This document shows positions 24,001 to 34,410 of a stretch of 64,000 nucleotides of DNA, one piece after another. Where the stretch lies: contig OX442314.1 of assembly GCA_949358305.1 (NCBI GenBank), positions 32,054,001-32,118,000 on the forward strand. Reading direction: 5' to 3'. The notes beneath the pieces were generated by a model. It saw only the letters and a list, made by a program, of their open reading frames with translations. It searched no databases and was not told the origin of the DNA. Position 1 is the first letter of the stretch, and every line of letters starts with the position of its first letter. This stretch comes from Strigamia acuminata. Taxonomy: Eukaryota. Made by a program: the position numbers and the translations under genes.

Positions 24001-27000
24001 GTAAGAGTTGGGGAGAACCGCCTTATTTATGGTTCTATTATAGCATCCCGCTATCTTTAACGTGCCATCTGATTTAAGGACATGCATAATAGGTGTCGCC
24101 CATTTAGAAGAAGCGACAGGAGTTATGATACCTAAATCCTGCAGTCTGCGCAGCTCTTCCTCCAGTCGTGGCTTCATCGCGAGTGGAACAGGGTAATTCT
24201 TCAAAAATATCGGTTGCACGGCCGGATCGATATCGATGTGGACCTTGTGCACGTTGTAGCATCCGATTTCATCGCGAAAAACGTTGGCATGACGTTCCAA
24301 AATCTCGTCCAATCTGTTGGACGACGGTGTATCGAGTTTCTCGGGCGTTGGCGTCGATGTGGACAACGAAAATACTTCTGCGCCCACCAGGTCGCCAGTC
24401 TTTGACAGCAAACCAAATGCTTCGAGCCAGTCGCGGCCAAGGAGTGGGATGGGGCCGTGAGTCGCCACACACAACGGCAAACGAAAATCGCGATCACGAT
24501 GACGAACCGGAACTTCGCAAACCCCTTCCATTCGGAGTTCGAAAAACACGAAAAAACTTGCGTCGCTACTGGATTCATTAGTTGAACGTGGATTTCGGAT
24601 CCTATCTCGTCGCCATTTAGTATATATCTTACTAATAACAAATTATGTTGAGGATGGTTGAAATGAAAGGTCAGTCATATTAGGCTAACAACTAACAAGT
24701 GAGCTTTATTCGGGGTCAAGCTACAAGGTGGCGCTGGGGGTACAGCGCCTAAGGCAAAGATAACGTCACTACACAAAACATGCAGTGAAGTCCGAACACA
24801 GCAAAAAGTGTTTTTATTTTTTTTTCTCAAAAACTATTGGAATTTTTATTCTGAAATTTCATGTATTTTCATTTAACATCATAACAAACAATAAAAAAAT
24901 TAATAGATTTAAAAATCGCAATAATGGAAGCAGAAATGCAAACCAAAAAATGCTCTTTTCTATCTCGAAATGAGATTTGTAAATTTTTAAACCAGTTTTC
25001 AAAAAAAAGAATAATTAATGTTTTAATTGTTTCTTGGAAGTGTTAAATGTTTTCGTAATATTAATAAGAAAAAAACAACAAAAATGAATAAACAAATCAA
25101 CAATCAGTTAAAATATAATTTTTGTTGCTAAATCAAACCTTGCTTCTGTGACCTCGTTAGTGGACATGTGGAAAATGCCCCAAGCCGTTGTTGGCCACCC
25201 CTTTGTAGTAAAAAGTGATATAAATAAAAACACACTGTGGAGTGTTTTACACTCCATCTTAATTCTTGGTTATTTTGTGACGCACGTCATGCACGTCGCG
25301 TTCTCGTGACATTACGAGATCGCGTACAGCGCCACCTGTACTTTCATGCAAATAAAGTCATTCATTCAAATATTCATACAACAACTGCCTCGTGTCTGAC
25401 TCCAATCCAATTCCATCCAACAATGTCCAGTTCCATCCGAAACCATCCAAGCACAGAACACACCACACTGCACATGTGATTCAGTAGCTGCATTCAAAAC
25501 TAAAAATACAATTTTAGTTTAAGTGTATTTTAAGTTTAAATTTTGATTTTTTTAAATAATTATAATAAATATATACTTACAGTTATGAATAAATTATTAA
25601 TATAGTTTAATTTAATAAATAGGACTGGAGATGATGTCACTTTTTTTTAATTGAAGTAAACCACAAAATATTTTAATTTTTGAATGCAGCTACTCGTGCT
25701 TTATTTTTCCCTCCTAATAACAACACAATCAATCAATTGATCAAAATCAGAATAACTCTTCCAATATGGCGTTAATTTTATCAATGTTGTTAGATAGAAT
25801 AAAATGAAATGATTGGTTACAAGAATTAGCAGAATTATTTTGATATTGATTGATTGATTGATTTGTTTATTTGTTCTTTTCTTAAAAACATGATGAAAAC
25901 GTTTAATCTTTGAAAAAATCACGAAATTTTATTGAAAATCGGTAAAGTTCATCGGAAATCACCAAAATTTTCAAAAATTGCAAAATCTCATCGGAATTTG
26001 CTAAATTTCAACGAAATTCCGTCCAAAACTTTTCTCAATAACTTCAATATTTGTGGTCCTGTTTTAACTATAAAAACATCATGTGTATATTAACCAATCG
26101 ATTTCACCTGAGTTTATACACAATTTGACATAGAAATGAACCAAATACACTTGAAATTGGTCATTTTCATCCAATGAACCCACCTATTTTAGTGATGCTT
26201 CACCTTGCAAGTTCACAAACATTTAAAACACTTAAAAAACAGCATTCTTTAAATAGTTTTCGATGAAATTTAGTGATTTTTGAATGAATTTGTATAAAAA
26301 TTCGCTTTTTCCGAATAGTTTTCGATGAAAATCACGAAATTTTATCGAAAATCGGTAAAGTTCATCGGAAATCACCAAAATTTACAAAAAAATTGCAAAA
26401 TCTCATCGGAATTTGCTAAATTTCAACGAAATTTCGTCCAGTTAGAGTTACAAATAAAGGTCACTTTGAATTAAACAAACCAAATCGTTCGCTCGAGACT
26501 CACAAGCACTTTAAATACACACTAGGCGCGTTCAATTTCAATTCGCCGTTGGAAACGCAAAACCCTTTCCAATGGCAAATTTCAACCAACACATATTCGT
26601 CATTGGAAACGTTTTTGCGTTTCCAAAGGCGAATTTCAACCTACACGTATTCGCCATTGGAAACGTTTTTGCGTTTCCAACGGCGAATTTCAATCTACAC
26701 GTATTCGCCATTGGAAACGTTTTTGCGTTTCCAACGGCGAATTTCAACCTACACGTATTCGCCATTGGAAACGTTTTTGCGTTTCCAACGGCGAATTTCA
26801 ACCTACACGTATTCGCCATTGGAAACGTTTTTGCGTTTCCAACGGCGAATTTCAACCTACACGTATTCGCCATTGGAAACGTTTTTGCGTTTCCAACGGC
26901 GAATTTCAACCTACACGTATTCGCCATTGGAAACGTTTTTGCGTTTCCAACGGCGAATTTCAACCTACACGTATTCGCCATTGGAAACGTTTTTGCGTTT

Positions 27001-30000
27001 CCAACGGCAAATTTCAACCTACACGTATTCACCATTAGACACGTTTTTGCGTTTCCAATGGAGAAATTCAACACGCACATATTCGCCATTGGAAACGTTT
27101 CTGCGTTTCCAATGGCGAATCGGTTACCAATTCGCCATTAGAAAGGTCCAAAAGCAGTCCCAATGGCAAATTGGGAGAAATTTGCCATTGGGACTGCTTT
27201 GGACAGAATAAAGTCAAAATTCGCCTTTCGTCCGAATGGCCAGATTCGCCCTTGGACGATTCGCCGTTGGAACGGCACCCCATATTTTTATGTATTTGTT
27301 GTCACCAGACATAATTATTATTTTTAATTACTCGGCTTTGGCACACGCCAAACCAGCCTGCTGTGTCTTGGGGGTAAAAACTCTCCAGACACACCTCACC
27401 CCGATTTGGCTGGGGTGTGTTGCAAATTAACCGTTTTGGTGCAATAATTCCTTTGTCCTTTGCGCTCATTGCACATATCTGCTGCGCAGATCTGGGGAAG
27501 TGGGGATTCATAATAGGCGCGACACATGGGATATTCCTACGCATGACAATGCAATTCGCAATAAAGAATATGGGGCAATGAAACAACAATTCGCGTAATG
27601 TCCACACGGTGCAACGTCATGTCTGATTATGATTGGCTGCAATCAGGACGCAGCTCAGACGGTATGCCGTAGAAACTGCTGAGGATCCTCTGCTTACTGT
27701 TACCAGTGCCGACTAGCGTTGACAAGTTAGTCATACAATTATGTCGCAATTATGCATACTTTATGTATGCTTAGTTGCGACGTCGCACATGTGATCAAGT
27801 TGTGCACAACAGAACTTATTAAAATGTGCACCGTTGTGATTAAACATACTGTTTGTATACATAATCGCAATGTCGCACATAAGAATAAGTTGTACATATC
27901 CCAAGACATTACACTTTGCAACGTCGCGCTAAGGCAACAAAACCTATTCTTATGCGCAACGTCGCAATTATGCATATAAACAGCACGCATAATCTCAACC
28001 TCGCACATAAGAATAGAGGCCCACAGATTCGAAGTGTGCTGGGCTCAAATTTAGAGTTTTGGCACACTCTTGAATTCACAACCAAACAAACATCACATCT
28101 TGTCATTGCTCTACCAAAACTGACCGTGTTACGTTGCTTGTGATTTTGGACATTTCCCGCTATCTTTGCTACATTTGCAAAGCCAGCGCTTTCGTGTGTA
28201 TCAGCCACTATTGATACACGCATTCCCACTGATATTCAGTGATCTCTGCTAACGAGCAGTGCTCTCACTCGCCGCCGCCATCGAGTTATTATATTTTAAC
28301 CAAATAAAACATTAACTGTGATAGGTACTTACCTTGTATTCATTTAACCCCTAGACATTATCCACCATGTTATTTCAGAGACTACCGGTAAGTGTTTACA
28401 GCATCTCAACAGCGTTTACAACCCGGATCACTGCCCAGCTTTGTAAAAGTAGTTTACCAAACTTCTAAAACTTACCAAATGTTACTCATTTTCTCAAATA
28501 TGAGCTCTAGAATTTCATAATACAGCAATTCAAATTTTAATTTTTGTTTTTCTGTTCTTTCAAGCTATAAAAGAGATGGTTTCTTTTTAGTCATTACTTT
28601 CTATTTGGATGTATTTTGTGAGAGTGGACAGATGCCATTTGGGCATGAGAATGCCTAAATAGCACCAGACGCACGGCACATTGATAGAAATGAGCACAAG
28701 GTTTATGGTTTATGGCCTTAATTCAATATCTAGGATTCAGTATGCCACTCCTGTTGCAGCGCACCTGCGACTACACATGGCAAACGTGGTTAGGGTTAAC
28801 CTGCGTGCAGCATGGTCGATTAGTGACCTTCCGGGTAAAATTTAAGGTCACCACAGGATAGCCCACCATCGACTTCCTATATGCCTACATCAATAGAATT
28901 GATATATCTTTGGTCATTTTTAAGAAAAAAAGGTGTTTCCAAACTTTTGACTCACCCTGTATATTCTTGCTTTATGATTTTGCTGGTAAGCACACTATGA
29001 CACCAGGGGCGGATCTAGCCTTTCGGGGGCCCTGGGCTTGAGGCTTTTTCGGGGCCCCTTTATCAAAATTTTTAATACTGACCCTTTTTTTTAGTACATT
29101 TCCTTGTGTCTTGGAGGCCCCTACAATTTGGGGGCCCTGGGCTCAAGCCCAATTAGCCCCTATGTAGATCCGCCCCTGTATGACACTATGCCATTTTTAC
29201 GTTTTGAATGGGCGCCCACTGACTTCAAAGCAGACCTTTGATTTAAGGAAGTGACGTCATTTTGGCCCAAGTAGCCAAACCTAATTACTCCTTCAACATT
29301 GTAGGGATCAGTGTTCACATGCCTTCCCCCTTGCTATTTTTATCATAAGACAACACGCTTGCACCCATCACACCGTCAGCTTGGTCTGATTATCTTTGTT
29401 TTCACGAGTTGTTCCTGGTCCAAGCCACAATGTCTTTTCTGATAGTTAGATTTCCACTTTCTTGACAAAGTTGCTCCATATCAGCTTTACCTCCGAGCTA
29501 TTGGTCCCCCAGTACAATGTTAAGCCGTGGGTCTATTGGTCAGCATGTTCGTGATAGTACAGTGCACGGTTGCATTGTTTTTATTACCGATATTTTATTT
29601 TTGGTAATTAGGTACTGTACTTTTAACTTGGTCCTCAATCTCATCCCAATATTTTTTTCAATTGTAATAGAATGCTTTACCTGGCTTGTAGTGAAATTTT
29701 GTTTTTTCAAAAACAATGTTGTGAGCGAAAGTTTTTCAAATTCACATTTTTGTTGCACCTCGCAGCTTATCCCTAAGTTAGTTATATGAAAAATGTTCCC
29801 ATAAAATTGATATTCCAATAACTGCAATCTAAAATCCTGCAATTTAAAATAAAAATATCCTATAAAAATGTATTAGTTTCTTTATTTCTAATTAATTTTT
29901 ATATAAGATCATTCCATCATCTAAACAGAATTCATCTCCTTTCGAATCATCACCGGCTCACCGTTAGAAGCTCAGCTCTTCCTTTTGGCCGAGCCTATTC

Positions 30001-31897
30001 ACTCCTAACTGTTGCCTGTATACTTCCACTAAGAAAAGTAGGATTGTTGTGATTTTAATTAGTTTCATGATTTTAGGTGTTTGAAATGATGTAAATTGAC
30101 TCATATTTGATAATAAAATGTTTTTAAAAGACTGGAAGCAATGTTTTAAGCTGTTATTTTTTCAAAATTCATGATTGTTAAGTTCGCTCAGTTTATTGGT
30201 TGCTATGTCAAGCTGGTTTTAAAATTTATGATCGATTGTTCTGTCTGGACACAAAATGGCTTCCCATAACTCGAGCGTTTGTATTTTGGCCTACTTTTGT
30301 GTAGCCCTACAACAGTGAATAGGCTCGGCCAAAAAAAAGAGCTGAGCTTCTAACGGTGAGCCAGAGTATACATATACTTTAACTGTTAACTCATACCATA
30401 CAATGTTCAGAGTATGTCAACAAGTAAACTTTATTCTGCCTCCAGATGATTAGATCGTATAATAAGGGCAAGTCTAGATAACGCTTTAGATTTGGAATTC
30501 CTCGTGTTTCCTTGATGACAAATATCAATAATTTATTTTCAGTTGATAAGAAAGTAGACTGGGCAAGCTGAAATTAAAATTTATTTTTAAACATGTGTAT
30601 AACCATTCCGTAAATAGAACTAGGAATAGATAAACAAGCATTTAGATCGACAAGCAATAATGTTGATAGCTCAATTCCTAATCGTATTGTCAGTGTTCAG
30701 ACGGACGCCACGTGGTCAGGAAAGGGCCACAAGACGCTGGACGCAACACACACGATAAGAATTACTACACAAGTTTAGATTTGGATATTAGCTTTATTGT
30801 TGTCTAGGGGTATGATGGGGATCTCACAGTGCATTTCACAATGTTATGGCTGCATGGAAACCATCCCTAATCAAACGACCAATGGGTCGCATGACACACG
30901 TGGTCGGAATCACATTTCCGCCATGTTGCCGTACGTTCATGGAGAATGCACGTCAGACGTGGCCACCATAGACGCTCAGGTCCCGGCGAATGACATAGTC
31001 GCAACGCCGATCAGTTGGGTCGCTAACTTAGTCAGTTTGGGAAATGGTCGGAATGCGACCGTTGGCCTTGCTGGCTATTCAACAACTCGTGGACCGCTAC
31101 AGAGCCCACCCACTTCCGGAAGGGTCACTTCCGGGGCCCGATAGGACAATCAAGGGCCTGCAGCTCCACCTAGTTGCGCCAGAGACGCCGAAGCTGCGCT
31201 AAGTGCTTTGCGTTGCAGGCGAGTGATCAGCGCGCAGGGGCAGCTGGTCACAATTTTCTGCCATAGAAACATGAACCGACAAACATTCAGTCGGCATGGC
31301 AATAAGTTTACAAACGTGACTGCCTACCATAACTTGTCAAACTAATACTGTTTCCCAACTAGCAGAACGAATGATTGATTGAGTTTGAGGAGAATGATCT
31401 TAACTTGTTCACAACTTTCGATCCAAATCAGAATCAGCTGAAAAGGAGCGTAATTAAAATCTAATGATGTATTAGTGAATTGTTGTGTCGACATATGTAT
31501 TTTTCCAGCCCAACTGAAACGGATCAATTTCAACAAGCAAGTTGGCACTAGAATTTTTAAAAAATATTAATATTTAAAAATAAAAATAAAATAATTAAAT
31601 TGTAACCATCATAATCATTTTGATAAATAATATGTATTCTTCTTGCATTTGTGATTTGTACAATATTCGATAATTGAAAAATGAGTTGGTTGTCACAATC
31701 AGATAAAGATGAATTCAGTGAGAGAGAATTTTTCCAACCTTAAAGATGAAGCATTCATATTCAGGTTATTATTTTATCAATATTCTTAATTACTGAGAAT
31801 GTAAAAATAAATTAATAAAACGTGTAATTAGCTTACTGTTTGAAATGTCTATGAATTCAGCGATTAAAGAAAAGAAAAATATTCTTAAAATGTTCAT
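15032..31897 (-). CDS. IR/iGluR-like gene copy B, 11 exons, apparently intact, lacking the M2 pore loop
   Basis: Start MNILRIFFFSL at 31897. S1 QYDIHKAVYGMSAVRVRNFDF, pre-M1/M1 FFKPFSIVVWLCILATY, M3 FFRLLIISSYSVVLYTFLTV, S2 FNKNSRYVEFFNQ..LKEKGII, M4 TAFLILIGAVFCSGIIFLLE. GT-AG introns with consistent phase. Confidence 0.82.
16170..16570 (+). pseudogene. Decayed Tc1-type transposase fragment
   Basis: WIFQQNNDSKH at ~16470-16503, with degenerate upstream motifs, stops and frameshifts. Confidence 0.6.
16818..18375 (+). mobile_element. Tc1/Tc3-like DNA transposon, IR/DR type
   Basis: TA TSD; ~200-bp TIRs starting CAGTCTGTTTCAAAAGTATAAACACACC, with that motif repeated at the inner end of each TIR. 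Confidence 0.95.
17162..18139 (+). CDS. Tc1/Tc3-like DD34E transposase, 325 aa
   Basis: Motifs FSDEKKWNLDGPDG, QQDNA and SPDVNPIENLW; N-terminal HTH region with GRP. Confidence 0.95.
   Translation: MPRGKTLLEQEIREIYLLHGAGNSLRYIAAATNRSTRAVRNVLMQGENYGKNKRPGRPKCMTTRNKRQAFQLLTTNKMSTRQAAAALPIQVSHTTVWRSIKDNNNAKFIKMKAKPKLTEQHKLARLNWGRHKMSWKKQWQETVFSDEKKWNLDGPDGFSYYWHDLRKDEKVRMSRQQGGGSVMVWAGFGWGGKTDIVIITGKMNSEKYQQMLYDNLIAFGPVISGNNWKFQQDNASIHASKSTKKWFNDEKINVIDWPSRSPDVNPIENLWGIMTRIVYGENKQYNTVNELKIAIMDAWELRKLVNSMPDRIFNLIAANGGPTKY
19654..20019. repeat. 54-bp tandem repeat array, left arm of foldback copy 2
   Basis: Same unit as copy 1, with fewer copies. Confidence 0.95.
21252..24803 (-). mobile_element. 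Mag-like Ty3/Gypsy LTR element lacking gag
   Basis: 186-bp LTRs at 21252-21437 and 24618-24803 with no differences seen. 5-bp TSD AAAAG (empty site at ~10280), PBS TGGCGACGAG, PPT ATGGGGAATGA. Confidence 0.93.
21538..24549 (-). CDS. pol: Pol: C-terminal half of protease, RT, RNase H and integrase (K02A2.6/Mag-like)
   Basis: Motifs LLGRDWL, FIDD, VDASPVGVGA, LHAGHFG...CDVC, HLDFAGP, SDNGPQF and NGAVEGFV. Confidence 0.93.
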   Translation of the reverse strand: MFFELRMEGVCEVPVRHRDRDFRLPLCVATHGPIPLLGRDWLEAFGLLSKTGDLVGAEVFSLSTSTPTPEKLDTPSSNRLDEILERHANVFRDEIGCYNVHKVHIDIDPAVQPIFLKNYPVPLAMKPRLEEELRRLQDLGIITPVASSKWATPIMHVLKSDGTLKIAGCYNRTINKAVLPNSYPLPLFEDVAAKLSGGETYSTLDMNHAYNQLELDAESKLVCTINTHLGLFTVNRLFYGISSAPAIFQREMDKLTAKVESTQPFIDDSAVTGATNATHLCNLDQLLGAFNKANLTLNRKKCKFLRACVQFLGLNISKLGITPVDSKLAPLRNAMQPTDVLSLKSFLGLINYYGKFINNLSTLLEPLYRLTRDDTPWTWGPEQHKAWTKVKAAVTVDSALAHYDAKKQLYLTVDASPVGVGAFISHVENGIHRPIAFASSLLSSAQKNYAQIDREGLAIVYGVRRFHHHLFGRKFILRTDHKPLVAIFGEKKGCNQIVAARLHRWAIFLSAYDYAIEHVPAVDNQIADGLSRNPQPVVDGREDLDMHVNEIFSVSLSQFPVSQAALRAAYDVDAQLQAVLQCIHDEWKSKTPDLINFYKHRFAFSTHGPFLFLSERLVVPEQLRRAVLAELHAGHFGIVRTKSLARSTVWWPSIDRDIESMVRSCDVCQRALPDPPKTSDLRWPIPDEIWGRIHLDFAGPFHGKMFLLAVDARTKWCEVRMMTATTSKATIAVLKCWFKRHGLPIHVHSDNGPQFTSAEFVDFLSRNGIRQTRSPPFHPATNGAVEGFVKTFKNQVGKFLNLNLSISEAVDQFLIAYRSTPHVSTRTTPSEAFLQRTVRTRLHLLNPRLMPEPTTVETRRSFEPGELVFARDYLHAARWVPGIISRKTSSTTYDVAVGNAIIWNRHADQLRKRQTLHAQTPEGGGNRGHFPLLIDDSNLGNTPPVVQPQVLVAPPNSPNLSNVRDASPAPTPPPVPVNTPVVPYRHPQRIRNPTQFYGYNNSD
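25236..25467 (+). mobile_element. Solo LTR (232 bp) related to the Mag-like LTR
   Basis: Inverted ends TGTGGAGTGTT...AACACACCACA. Shares CAGCGCCACC(T)TGTA...AATAAAG with the 186-bp LTR. Absent from the other foldback arms; TSD not clean. Confidence 0.6.
26539..27120. repeat. 54-bp tandem repeat array, right arm of foldback copy 2
   Basis: Same unit, inverted. Confidence 0.95.
29004..29178. mobile_element. hAT-like MITE
   Basis: TIRs CAGGGGCGGATCTA / TAGATCCGCCCCTG and 8-bp TSD TATGACAC. Confidence 0.85.
29952..30367. mobile_element. MITE with ~50-bp TIRs
   Basis: GGCTCACCGTTAGAAGCTCAGCTC...GGCCGAGCCTATTCACT is inverted at 30314-30363. Confidence 0.7.
30681..31252. repeat. Interspersed LTR-like repeat; relatives at ~6365-6440, ~45750-46082 and ~52995-53297
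   Basis: Shared blocks GGACGCCACGTGGTCAGG and GTGATCAGCGCGCAGGGGCAGCTGGT(C/G)ACA. Confidence 0.6.
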
Positions 31898-34410
31898 GAT
31901 AAGAGAAAACTTGTACGCTGATATTGACTGCTGCACACTCTTGACACGAGACACGATCAAACTGATGTTAGCAACCACTGCTAACAACTCGTGTAGTCAT
32001 AACCACAACTGTCATTTCGTAAACTATCAGATAAATCAGACACTGTAAAGTTGCAAGATATTGTCCCGAGATCTCGCTGCACGACCGTGAAGCACGATAA
32101 ACGATATTAAATAAATGATGACAGTTTGTGAGTGGCGGTCGGATAACTCGCGGTCAATGGAGGACTGCTGAGGCCCACTGCTTAATGTTTCCAGTGCCAC
32201 CTGGTGACAGTTGGTCATATGTTTATTTATATTAACGATATGTAAAAGTGTGACAGAAACACACAATTCTAAAATAAACAGTATGTCCATCACTATGACA
32301 GTTAGTTGATCTGTTCTTCCTGCTGAGGACACAAACTTAATGACATGTTGACACTGAACACACACGACCACCTCTGTCTGTCTGTTTAAAGTCTGTACTA
32401 GATACACATCTGACTTAAGTCAATATATTGACTGGTTTCATTGATTATCGCTCATACTGTGGTGTACCACATCTCACAACTAAGGCCGAATCAAATTGGT
32501 GAAATTACCTTGTTAACCTAAAATGCATCAATGGCTCCTTCTTTTGAATGTATTTGTTTGTTAGATTTTTCTTCTTCTTCGTGTTGTTAGTTTGTGATTG
32601 TAGTTTAGGAACAAAAAAGTTCAACCAATAGTTTTCGCACACGGGATGTAGCCCTAAAGGTACGGGAGTGCAATAGTTTACTTCCGGAGTTTTGACAGTG
32701 TTGTATCTCGTTCACCAAATGCTGAACTAGTTCAAGTTCCCGTTCATCACCGTGTGAACGTGTTCACGTTCACATTTTCTACGATTATGTAAAACGATTA
32801 TAAAACAATTACATAAAACAAAAATTAAATTTGTGCAATATTAGATAATTGAAAATGGAACTAAAGAAGTGTTTTCCCATGCAATAAGAAAAGATAAATG
32901 TATACACACTCTAATTTACTGCCATAATTACTTAATTATTCAGAATTTGTACGGTGAATGCTTCTCATAAGATTACTTTTTGATACATCGATAGATACAG
33001 AGAACAAGTAAAAAAAAATACTCTTAAAACGTTCATCCTCCAAGTGGCACCCTTCTGGCCCCTTCTCTCAACTTTCAAAAGAAGAAAACGACCGCACAAT
33101 GTGAAAATTCCAGTGTTGTTGATACGTTTTAGCAACTGTTGCCCAGTATATTTCATGAAATTTTATGTCTTTTGGCATCCGGTTACTACAACTAACAATC
33201 ATGTGGCAATATCGATATTGTATCGATTTGTAATTAAATACACCAGCGTACTGAACGTGTGAACATTTTAGTGTACATCAAGAAAACTGACGTGCGAACG
33301 GGTGGTGACGTCGGCCACCTCGAATCAAATCCAGCAACTCATTCATGCACTCGTAACAAAAAAATGTACAAATAATATTAAATGTTTCCTGTCAGTAACA
33401 ATAGTCAAATACAATTCATGCATTGTTGCTAAGACCTTAATAGCGTTTAGCAATCTCACTCAATCTTACAAATAAAACACTCGACTCACAAATCTTTAAG
33501 TGGTCAGACACGTCTTTCATTTAACTCAATTTGATTTTTTTTTGTACTGGAGTTCATCGTCAATTACTTGATCTTAAATTTAAATCAATCGAATTCTTTC
33601 TTCACATTTGTGTTTGTTGTAGCTTAAGATCTCATTGTCATTGGCTATTAAAACGCCCAAAATTCATCCCATCCAATCTGATATTTGTAATGAATGTTTG
33701 ATTTTGTGACTTACCCGAGCAATCAGCAGCACACGTTCATCCTGGCGGGTTTTAACTCGTCATACATCATATAAACGCTTTTAGTGTGACTTGAAATGTA
33801 TCATATGCAGCTCAGTCCATCTAAAGAATATTTTCATAATTTAAAAAGTGTGTTTAAACCGGTACCATTTTACACTTTTTACTGTTGAGTGTTGACCGTA
33901 GTTGATTTCGCCGATCTCGCTGCATCCATCTTGTCATGTTGCACACTATTGCCATCTGGCGAAGGAATAGTTAACCGCTGACTAAAACGCTCCAATTTGT
34001 GCCTTTTGAAGTTCATTTTACGCCATACTACAGCTACAGAATATAAATTGTGTAAGCTAATTTCCCCTTTAGAGTCTTTACGGCTCTTTAATTTTAAACA
34101 AACCTGTTCAAAACTTTTTCAGTTTACATACTGTTGTGTTTTTATTTTAAATCGAACTTAATAAAGTGAAATATTCCAGAGTTGTGCTTCATTGGTCTTG
34201 TCAAGTCAAGACCAAGAGGAAGAAAAAAGTGTATAATTGCTTTGAATTTCATTAGTCGACTGATTTATTGAACTAATTAAAGCTGCTGAGCAATCATGGC
34301 TTGGCAACTGCACATTGTTGCAGTTGTCATCGTGTAACACCATGGCGTATGGCAAATACAACAGTTGCTAATGAGGATAGGAGTTACAATTCTAGAATGT
34401 TGAAAAGTGT
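31260..34410. repeat. Segmental duplication, paired with ~54318-57364
   Basis: Long colinear high-identity match covering IR exons 1-3 and upstream DNA of copies B and D. Confidence 0.85.
32830..33240 (-). pseudogene. Orphan IR 5' fragment (exon 1 plus internally deleted exon 2); duplicate at ~55930-56310
   Basis: WRMNVLRVFFF matches exon 1 of copies A and C; exon 2 start WENTSL is followed by a deletion. Confidence 0.6.

Larger units (their letters stand above)
19456..27281. mobile_element. Foldback-like element copy 2, in an intron of IR copy B
   Basis: Same termini as copy 1, 8-bp TSD ATATTTTT, near-identical arms, centre deleted, nested LTR insertions. Confidence 0.88.

Noticed and set aside
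29370..29540. Segment conserved in B and C that looked like an IR exon interrupted by the Tc1 in C
   Set aside because: Stops in all minus frames, absent from D, and exon 5 splices in phase directly to exon 6; it is intronic.
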